NCBI GenBank assembly: GCA_965226745.1
Contig: CBDDDS010000003.1
Span: 230,520-294,519, forward strand
Reading direction: 5' to 3'
Source: Dehalococcoidia bacterium
Lineage (GTDB): Bacteria; Chloroflexota; Dehalococcoidia; Lucifugimonadales; SAR202-VII-2
Length of the DNA: 64,000 nt
Shown here in pieces: positions 57,215 to 64,000 of the stretch. Below the pieces are notes generated by a model that saw only the letters and a program-made list of their open reading frames with translations, searched no databases and was not told the DNA's origin. Position 1 is the stretch's first letter, and every line of letters starts with the position of its first letter. Both the position numbers and the translations under genes were made by a program.

Positions 57215-58198
57215 GTGGATGTGGCGGCCACGATCGTTGCTATTATCAACTTGAAGGGCGGGGTGGGAAAGAGCACCCTGGCAATGATTTTGGGAGAGTA
57301 TCTCAGCCTACGTATTGGTGAGCGAGTATTGCTCATTGACATGGATGCGCAAGGCAACCTGAGCTATTGCATGGTTCCGGAACATCAGATACAAACTCAA
57401 GAGAACCAGGGCAGAACCACCTACCATCTTTTGAGCGCAGCACTACAGGGCGAAAATCCTGATCCTAAAGACTATCTGACACGACCGCCGCTTGTCATCT
57501 CAAATGTAGCTAGGCACGGGGCTGTCAATCATCCTGGAATCCTCGACATCATTGTCTCTACACCCAGCGTCGCCCAACTCGACGCGGAGCTTATTGATCT
57601 CTGGGCAAGGGGAAGGCCTTTTCCCACATCTCTAAGGGAGAGCCTCGCGATGGCACTGGGCTCCATCGGAGAGGAGTATGACCGCGTGATAATAGACTGT
57701 CCGCCGGGGCTCTCCGTGTTTTCATCTACCGCTTTAATGGCCTGCGACTACTTTGTGGCGCCCGTTATCCCTGAACCCTTGTCCCTCCAAGGCGTCAACC
57801 TCGTAAAGACTCGCGTGACCGAATTGCATCAGAAGGGCTCTGCGGCCAAGTTTGGGGGAGTGATACTTAATATCGTCAAACATTACCGGAAGACACACCA
57901 AACAACTGCCGTTACTCTGTACGGGGCCCAGCGCGGCATGTATGAACCTTTCGATTATTGGCTGCCGGATAGTGAAAGACTCCGCAGGATAGGAGAGTAT
58001 GACCCAGACCTCGAAGGTTCTTGGGCGGGAGGCATGGGACAAAAATTCAGCTCTCTGCATCAGAAGTATGGTCTTTCGTATCGCTTGAATAATCCCAGAG
58101 GGGGACCACTGGACTTAAGTGCAACAGAAGGTAAACAGTACAGTCTTGAGGACCGGATTGGCAGTCTCGTGGAGGAATTCCGGCAGAGATGCGCCTAG
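57215..58198 (+). CDS. ParA/MinD-superfamily ATPase (AT-richer gene)
   Basis: Deviant Walker A NLKGGVGKSTLA, LLIDMDAQGN, and VIIDCPPG. Long C-terminal extension. Confidence 0.85.
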   Translation: MDVAATIVAIINLKGGVGKSTLAMILGEYLSLRIGERVLLIDMDAQGNLSYCMVPEHQIQTQENQGRTTYHLLSAALQGENPDPKDYLTRPPLVISNVARHGAVNHPGILDIIVSTPSVAQLDAELIDLWARGRPFPTSLRESLAMALGSIGEEYDRVIIDCPPGLSVFSSTALMACDYFVAPVIPEPLSLQGVNLVKTRVTELHQKGSAAKFGGVILNIVKHYRKTHQTTAVTLYGAQRGMYEPFDYWLPDSERLRRIGEYDPDLEGSWAGGMGQKFSSLHQKYGLSYRLNNPRGGPLDLSATEGKQYSLEDRIGSLVEEFRQRCA

Positions 58199-58207
58199 GA
58201 GGGAATC

Positions 58208-58837
58208 TTGAGGGCTAAGACGCCCCCTAAAGGAGATGCCCAGAGGCATCTCATGGGCCTTCTTCAGAAGAAGTACCGAGCGGACCCGCAAGGTTTCCGC
58301 CGGTACTTGCCCGAGGTGGCCCAGGCCCTGGATAGCATTTCGCCTACGAAATGGCCTTTCAAGAGCCCCTATGGCCTTACTGAGCGTGAGCGCATCGCAA
58401 GGAAAGAGTCCCTGGAAGCAGTGTTGAAGCTTGTGGAGAGCGGCAAGGCGACTCCGCAGGAGGCCGTTCGCGGTTTGGAGCACGGTGCCGTTCTAACCGA
58501 AGACGACGACCTGCCGGAGGACGTGGGCCATGAAACGCTGCTGCGCCTTTTGCGGCTGGCCGTCGGCAAGGCGCCAGGGTCCTTCAGGAAGAAGGCAACG
58601 GTCGCAATGGAAGGAGAGGGGAATCGGGATGCCGTGAAGGCCGTCGCACTGATTCGGGGGGTGGCTTTGAACCTGACCTGGGATATGCGGTTGGTTTCGA
58701 TCTCAATTTCCCCCCATAAGGTTGAGGAGAGGCGGAAGATGCTCGGCCTTGTGGGGATGGCTCAGGACCCCCAGCCTGACGTATCCAGGCGTCACGACGA
58801 CTATTTGACGGAAGTGAGCCCGCATGGCGCTGCCTGA
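58208..58837 (+). CDS. hypothetical protein. The C-terminal tail resembles VapB-type antitoxin ends.
   Basis: 209 aa, starting 10 nt after the ParA-like gene and overlapping the PIN gene by 14 nt. The C-terminal ...DVSRRHDDYLTE is reminiscent of antitoxin tails. Confidence 0.45.
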   Translation: MRAKTPPKGDAQRHLMGLLQKKYRADPQGFRRYLPEVAQALDSISPTKWPFKSPYGLTERERIARKESLEAVLKLVESGKATPQEAVRGLEHGAVLTEDDDLPEDVGHETLLRLLRLAVGKAPGSFRKKATVAMEGEGNRDAVKAVALIRGVALNLTWDMRLVSISISPHKVEERRKMLGLVGMAQDPQPDVSRRHDDYLTEVSPHGAA

Positions 58838-59234
58838 ATCCGTTCTCGTTGACACGTCCGCCTTCTATGCGCTCATCTCCGCCACCGATGAGTTTCATGG
58901 CAGGGCGCGAGCCGCCTATGAACGCCTCTTGGATAGAGATCAGGGGCTGTGGAGCACTTCGTACGTCATCGTTGAAACGATTGCCTTGGTTCACCGCCGC
59001 CTCGGCTTCGAAACGCTGAAGGCTCTTCTTGAGTTCGTTGAGCGTCATGTTGAGGTGTTCTGGATAGACAGCTTTATTCATGACGCTGCGCTCAAGGAGT
59101 TAGTGGCAAGTGGAGGAAGCGGGTTGAACTTCGTGGATTGGACGACGGCCCTTGCCGCAGCCCGGCTAGGTGCTCCTGTCTTCACCTTTGATGAGGGGTT
59201 CCGTCGGCAAGGCGCGTCCGTTGTGCCCAGATAG
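58824..59234 (+). CDS. PIN domain (VapC-like) ribonuclease
   Basis: 136 aa, with VLVDTSAFYAL, SYVIVET, FVDWT and FTFDEGF acidic motifs. Confidence 0.8.
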   Translation: MALPESVLVDTSAFYALISATDEFHGRARAAYERLLDRDQGLWSTSYVIVETIALVHRRLGFETLKALLEFVERHVEVFWIDSFIHDAALKELVASGGSGLNFVDWTTALAAARLGAPVFTFDEGFRRQGASVVPR

Positions 59235-59293
59235 TCCTCAGACGCCTGCTGCTCCTGCCAGCAGCGCACACCGCAGAGTGAGGCGGCAGGGGG

Positions 59294-60697
59294 CTAGAGG
59301 ACTGGATGGCGCTTGTGCCAGTCGGTGGCCTGCTGGTAGGTATGGGCCGCTCGGAACAGCGCGGCCTCGTCGAAGGGGCGGGCGGCCAGTTGCAGCCCAA
59401 CGGGCATGCCGTCTGCGGTGAACCCGCAGGGAACGGAAATGGCGGGGTGGCCCGTCGCATTGAAGAGCACCAGGTAGTTGAGCCCCCCCAGACTGCTGAA
59501 CGGATGCCCCATAGCGTCCTGGACGGGGGCCGGCCTGGGCATGGACGGCGTGGCGATGAGGTCGACGCGGTCGAAGACTTGAGCGACTTCTCGGCAGGCG
59601 CGCTCGCGGAGCAGTTGGGCGTGCAGATAGTCCTCGGCTGTGTAGAGCGCTCCAAGCATGAAGCGGTACTTCACCGGCCCGTACTCGCGGTGGCGCTCCC
59701 GCAGGAACTGGCGGTGGTAGGCAAAGGCCTCTGAGATCATGATGACTCCCTGCGAGGCCCTGACGTCGGCGACGCTGGGGATTGTGACTTCTTCTACCTG
59801 AGCGCCCATGCCTTCCAATAGGGCGATGGCGCGCTCGGCGAGGCCCAGGGTCTCGGGATCGGCGCCGGAATCCCGGTCGAAGAAGTAGTGGCGGGGCACG
59901 CCGATGCGCAGCCCCCGGATGCCGTCGTTGATGCCGGCGCTGTAGTCGGGGACGGGTTCCCTGCTGCTGTGGGGGTCTTTGGGGTCGCGGCCTGCGGTGG
60001 CCTGGAGAAGCGCGGCAACGTCCGCGACCGACCTCGCCATCGGTCCGGTCGTGTCCATGGAGTGGGAGCAGGGGATAACCCCGCGCCTGCTCACCCGGCC
60101 AAAGGTTGGCTTGAGGCCGACGATGCCGACGCAATGCGCCGGGTTGCGGAGGGAGCCTCCGCTGTCGCTGCCAAAGGATGCCATGCTGATGCCGGCGCTG
60201 AGGGAGGCGGCGGAGCCGCTGCTGGACTGGCCGCAGGACCGGCTGAGGTTCCAGGGGTTGTTCGGAATCTCGAACAGGCTCGTGGGGTGGCCCCGCAGGC
60301 CGAACTCCGACAGGGCGACCTTGCCCAGCAGCGCGGCGCCGGACTGCTTCAGGGAGGCCGCCACCGCGCAGTCCTCTTCCGGGACCCTGTCGGCGAAGAG
60401 CTTTGACTGGGCCGTGGTGCGCACGCCAGCGGTGTCGTAGAAGTCCTTGAGGGACACCGGGATTCCGTGGAGAGGGCCCCGGTATCCGCCGGTGGCGATC
60501 TCGGACTCTGCGGCCCTTGCCGCAGCCAATGCCAGGTCGTCGGTCCGGGTGACGAAGGCCTTCACGCGCCCGTCAACCTCGTCCATGCGGTCGAGGTGAG
60601 CTTGGGTCAGGTCGACCGGGGAGATCTCCCGCCGCTCAATGAGGGGGCCAGCCTCGCTGATGGTCATCCAGCACAGTTCGTCCCTGCTGCGGCTCAT
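59294..60697 (-). CDS. amidase (amidase-signature family, GatA-like)
   Basis: 467 aa. AS signature region GQSSSGSAASLSAG...GSDSGGSLRNPA, with the catalytic K and S-cisS context. Confidence 0.9.
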   Translation of the reverse strand: MSRSRDELCWMTISEAGPLIERREISPVDLTQAHLDRMDEVDGRVKAFVTRTDDLALAAARAAESEIATGGYRGPLHGIPVSLKDFYDTAGVRTTAQSKLFADRVPEEDCAVAASLKQSGAALLGKVALSEFGLRGHPTSLFEIPNNPWNLSRSCGQSSSGSAASLSAGISMASFGSDSGGSLRNPAHCVGIVGLKPTFGRVSRRGVIPCSHSMDTTGPMARSVADVAALLQATAGRDPKDPHSSREPVPDYSAGINDGIRGLRIGVPRHYFFDRDSGADPETLGLAERAIALLEGMGAQVEEVTIPSVADVRASQGVIMISEAFAYHRQFLRERHREYGPVKYRFMLGALYTAEDYLHAQLLRERACREVAQVFDRVDLIATPSMPRPAPVQDAMGHPFSSLGGLNYLVLFNATGHPAISVPCGFTADGMPVGLQLAARPFDEAALFRAAHTYQQATDWHKRHPVL

Positions 60698-60930
60698 CGG
60701 GGGTCTCCGAAGAGCGCGATGTCGAAGGGATAGGTCTCGTTGGTGACGTCGTAGGAGTAGAGGAGCCTGAGCTGTGCCAGGAACTCCGGGTAGGCGCCTC
60801 TGAAGAACTCCAATTCCTCATCGGTCAGGTTGATGCCGGCGCCCTTCAGCCTAGCGTCCAACTCTTCGTAAGAGGGCAATGGGTGGATGGTCAACGCCCG
60901 CCTCCGTGGGATAGCCTTAGCGCCGCCCAT
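60694..60930 (-). CDS. small hypothetical protein upstream of and overlapping the amidase
   Basis: 78 aa, with its stop overlapping the amidase ATG (ATGA). No motif recognised. Confidence 0.4.
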   Translation of the reverse strand: MGGAKAIPRRRALTIHPLPSYEELDARLKGAGINLTDEELEFFRGAYPEFLAQLRLLYSYDVTNETYPFDIALFGDPR

Positions 60931-60966
60931 TCTAAACGGGGGCGTGTTGCGGGGTCTAGGGAACCT

Positions 60967-61036
60967 CGAACCTTGGGTTCCCTTCGCCTTCCTTCAGCGG
61001 AGGGTTTGTCTTGGCCTGCCAACGGGCGCGGGGGCG
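60967..61036. repeat. R-family repeat fragment
   Basis: CCTTCAGCGGAGGGTTTGTCTTGGCCTGCCAACGGGCGCGGGGGCGGGG, matching 50270-50310. Confidence 0.7.
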
Positions 61037-61482
61037 GGGATGGGCAGGGTTCCCCCGGCTTCAGCCTCATTCTTTGATTGTTTGTGATTCTTTGATTGTT
61101 TGTGCGCCTGCTTTTTCTTCTCCCGTAGGCGTGGAGCCGTTACAAAGGCGTTACAAGCTGTTACAAGGGCGTTACGTTACGAGCCGTTACGAGCCGTTAC
61201 GAGTCGTTACACAGTCGTTACGGAGCCGTTACTGATCTTACGAGCCGTTACGGAGTTGGGCGGCTCCTAAAGAGCCTGTGCCTTACAGCGGCATTCTCTC
61301 CGTTCCCGGCCTTCCTCGGAGGGTCTTGCCCCTCGGGTTGTTCCCTCAGCGCCCCTGCCACAGGGGGACTCTCCATGGTTAGCCCCCAGTACATACGTTA
61401 TGCGGCAGGCTCCGAGAAAGAGAAGCGGGCCTGGGGCCCACTTCATTGGGGGTACTATAGCACACCCGTTCGTATTTTGCAA
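61037..61482 (-). ncRNA. copy E of dispersed promoter + core + phased-repeat element
   Basis: On the minus strand: -35 TTGCAA (61477-61482), 17-nt spacer, TGTGCTATAGT (-10 at 61454-61459), conserved core, repeats 61139-61251, and a 3' module shared with copy D that includes an 18-nt tandem duplication (61069-61104). Confidence 0.6.
61139..61251 (-). repeat. phased short repeats, GTAAC core (GTTAC on plus strand), 12 units
   Basis: Spacing is 9-11 nt, with one 5-nt doublet (GTTACGTTAC). Confidence 0.9.
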
Positions 61483-61507
61483 TGGGGGGGTGGCATAACC
61501 TGGACGG

Positions 61508-61660
61508 AGGGTCTTGTTGTGGCCTGCGCCGCTCCTTCAGCGGAGGGTTTGTTTTGGCCTGTGCCGCTATCCCGCCCGCTCCACCCTCCAACGTTTTTAG
61601 AAACAGGGGGACTCGCTGTACCCCCGGCGGGGGCTGCGCCCCCTGCACCTCGCTCGGCGG
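61508..61660 (+). repeat. R-family mosaic repeat, promoter-proximal flank of copy E
   Basis: GTCTTGTTGTGGCCTGCGCC...CAACGTTTTTAGAAACAGGGGGACTC...GGGGGCTGCGCCCCCTGCACC. Confidence 0.8.
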
Positions 61661-61744
61661 GACGAAAGCCCCATACTGGACAGTGCAGGCGTATTTGTCG
61701 TTGTACGATCCTCTATTGACAACGCAATTCGGTGTATTAGCGTG

Positions 61745-61878
61745 AACAAACCCTAGCCTTCGCTCGGCTACGAGAGAAGGGAGGGAAGAATTCTCCCGCC
61801 GCGTGTCTGTAGCTAACGTTCCTGGGAAGCACGACCGGGGGCGCGAGGGAGGGAAGGCGCGCGGCTGTGGCGATGGCG
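61745..61878 (-). terminator. post-stop element (motif GTGCTTCCCAGGAACG + hairpin)
   Basis: Hairpin CCTTCGCTCG-GCTA-CGAGAGAAGG at about 61756-61781. Same family as 12185, 23840 and 33100. Confidence 0.45.
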
Positions 61879-62595
61879 CTAACGGTCTTCCAGCAATACG
61901 CCGTATCCGTCCACCTCTTCACCGATGCCGATGGCCTCCAGCCCCCACCACGTCATGGCCTGGACGCTGGTGACCACGGGGATGCCGGCGTCCTGCTCGA
62001 TTGTGCCGATGTTGTCGATGACGGGGAACCGGGCGCAGGGGATGTACAGGGCATCGGCGTCTGGCGCCCCGGCGGCGGCTTCCCGGGCAAGCCGATAGGA
62101 GGCGCTCCAGGGGAGCTTGGCGATGTCCATCGCTCGGGTCAGGCCCAGGCCCTTCTGACCGACGACTACGACGCCCTGGCTTTCCAGATACTTCCCAAGG
62201 AGCTTGTTCCGTTCCTCGGAGTAGGGGGAAGCGATGACGATGCGCTTCGCTTCGAGGTGGCGGAGCGCGGAGATCATGGCGCCGGTGGTGGTGGAGGCGG
62301 GCACGTTGGCGATGCTGGTTATGTGCTCGACGAGGTCGGCGTCGGTACCGCGCAGCGCGACCAGCGGGCCTCCGCCGGCAATGATGCAGTCGACCTCGCC
62401 CTCAGCCATTTGTTCGGTGGCCTCGGTCAGCCTGTCCAGGGCGCGGTCAAAGTCCTCCTGGCGGATGTTCTGCACGTGGAGAGACGTATAGACCATCACC
62501 ACGCCGTCGGGGATGATCTGCTGAAACTCGTTGATGATCATGTCGATGGGGATGGAAGGGCAGATGTGGCCGATGCGGCCGCGCCATCCGTACAT
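61879..62595 (-). CDS. Asp/Glu/hydantoin-racemase-fold protein (maleate isomerase / arylmalonate decarboxylase family)
   Basis: MYGWRGRIGHICPS start, and ...DCIIAGGGPL...IPCARFP motifs. The longer ORF to 62694 was rejected. Confidence 0.7.
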   Translation of the reverse strand: MYGWRGRIGHICPSIPIDMIINEFQQIIPDGVVMVYTSLHVQNIRQEDFDRALDRLTEATEQMAEGEVDCIIAGGGPLVALRGTDADLVEHITSIANVPASTTTGAMISALRHLEAKRIVIASPYSEERNKLLGKYLESQGVVVVGQKGLGLTRAMDIAKLPWSASYRLAREAAAGAPDADALYIPCARFPVIDNIGTIEQDAGIPVVTSVQAMTWWGLEAIGIGEEVDGYGVLLEDR

Positions 62596-62865
62596 GAGGC
62601 CTCCTTTTCCGTGCTTCCCGTTGGATCTTGGCGGCGAGCCGCGTACGCTGGATGCAGGCGACGCCATGCTAGCGGGGAGGGGGCGGGGTGGCAAGGGAGG
62701 TTTTGCCCAACCCCCGCCACCGTCCTGTTGGGCCGGCGCGGCGCGCCGGGCAGGGCCGCGGGCGGGGATTGACGCTCGTAGGGGGGCAACCTATAGTCGG
62801 GAAGGCGTGGCGGTGGAAGGCCAACCCACGATCGACAACGTCGAGAATATCGGAGGAGTGAGCGC

Positions 62866-64000
62866 GTGAAGACGGTAGCAGTAGACACCGGAGGGACATT
62901 CACCGACATGGTGGTGATGGACCAGGACACCGGCGAAATAGAGATTCTGAAGGTGCCCTCAACGCCCTGGGACCCGAGCCAGTCCATTGTTCAGGGTGTG
63001 CTAGAGCTGTTTCCGAACAAGGAAGACCTGGACAGCATTGGCGCCCTTTCCCACGGAACGACGGTGGGGACCAACCTCCTGGTGCAGTCCAAGGGCGCTA
63101 AGGTGGGCCTGCTGATCACCGAGGGCTTCACCGGCATCAACGACATCTGGCATCTGCCCCGCTTCGGCGCCGAGCTGGGGAACCTCTTCATAGAGAAGAA
63201 GCCCCTGGTGCCGCCCCGCTACCGCCGCGAGGTCCCCGAGCGGATAGACAATGAGGGAAACGAACTGAAGCCCCTGGATGAGGAGGCAACCGTCGCAGCG
63301 ATCCGGACGCTGAAGGCCAAGGGCGTCGAGTCGATTGCGGTGGTGCTGCTCTTCTCCTTCCTGAACCCCGCCCACGAGAAGAGGGTGGGAGAGCTCATCA
63401 AGCAGGAGTACCCCGAGGCTTGGGTGTCCCTGTCGTCGCACATTCTGCCCCAGATCAGGGAGCACCCCCGCTACAGCACGACGGTGGCCAACGCCATGCT
63501 GGCCCCAGCGATGACCGCCTACCTGACCAACCTGGGCAAGAAGCTGCGGGACGAGGGCATAGGGACTCGACAGATCTACATCATGCAGAGCAACGGGGGG
63601 GTCAGCAAGGTCGAAAGCGTGGTGCCGGTGACGACGATCCTATCCGGCCCCTGCGCCGGGGCGCTGGCCGGGGTTGAGATTGCCTCCGCCGCGGGGTTTG
63701 ACAACGTTGTGACCCTGGACGTGGGGGGGACCAGCACGGACTTGGCCCTGGGTGAGAAGGGCAAGATACTCGAAGAGACGTCCGGCCGCCTGGGCGACTG
63801 GGAACTGGGCGTGCCGATGCTGATGATCAATACGATTGGGGCGGGCGGGGGCACTATCGCCTGGCTCGACAAGGGGGGCGGCCTTCAGGTTGGGCCTCAC
63901 AGCGCCGGCGCCGATCCCGGCCCCGTGTGCTACGGCAAGGGCGGCACTGACCCCACGGTCACCGACGCCAACGTGGTGCTGGGGTATCTGAACCCCAACA
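62866..64000 (+). CDS. hydantoinase/oxoprolinase family protein, N-terminal part (3' end outside window)
   Basis: GTG start after GGAGGAG. VAVDTGGTFTD and LDVGGTSTD motifs. Open to the window edge and not listed in the ORF track. Confidence 0.9.
   Translation, partial: MKTVAVDTGGTFTDMVVMDQDTGEIEILKVPSTPWDPSQSIVQGVLELFPNKEDLDSIGALSHGTTVGTNLLVQSKGAKVGLLITEGFTGINDIWHLPRFGAELGNLFIEKKPLVPPRYRREVPERIDNEGNELKPLDEEATVAAIRTLKAKGVESIAVVLLFSFLNPAHEKRVGELIKQEYPEAWVSLSSHILPQIREHPRYSTTVANAMLAPAMTAYLTNLGKKLRDEGIGTRQIYIMQSNGGVSKVESVVPVTTILSGPCAGALAGVEIASAAGFDNVVTLDVGGTSTDLALGEKGKILEETSGRLGDWELGVPMLMINTIGAGGGTIAWLDKGGGLQVGPHSAGADPGPVCYGKGGTDPTVTDANVVLGYLNPN

Overview
This is a visibly GC-rich bacterial chromosomal segment. 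The gene content (many LLM/F420-type oxidoreductases, amidohydrolase-2 paralogs, SDRs, a TctC-type binding protein) suggests Chloroflexota-like, but I cannot confirm that without a search. The backbone holds rplI(partial)-dnaB-dnaD-like-dnaC-like, sulfite reductase, holA, sucC, hppA, an ECF sigma/DUF4349/HtrA cluster, and PrpD, PfkB, amidase and hydantoinase genes.

Four things stand out:
1. A five-copy dispersed element that I do not recognise. Each copy has a near-consensus sigma70 promoter, a ~200-nt conserved core with hairpin-preserving substitutions, a tail of 6-12 short repeats phased every 10-11 nt whose core motif and polarity differ between copies, and conserved 3' modules. It looks like a candidate novel ncRNA and/or iteron family.
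2. An AT-richer three-gene island (GNAT-PIN-GNAT-ASCH fusion, standalone ASCH, FRG-TPR), which is a candidate RNA-targeting conflict system.
3. An MmeI-like type IIG R-M gene split by an intact IS3-family (IS407-group-like) element with a 4-bp target duplication, followed by a DUF3800 gene.
4. Further AT-richer islets (ParA-like/unknown/PIN, and a three-gene small-protein operon), an orphan terminase pair, and a mosaic GC-rich hairpin repeat family that fills intergenic regions and abuts every islet.

I saw no rRNA, tRNA or CRISPR array. All functional calls come from motifs read by eye, and no database search was possible.
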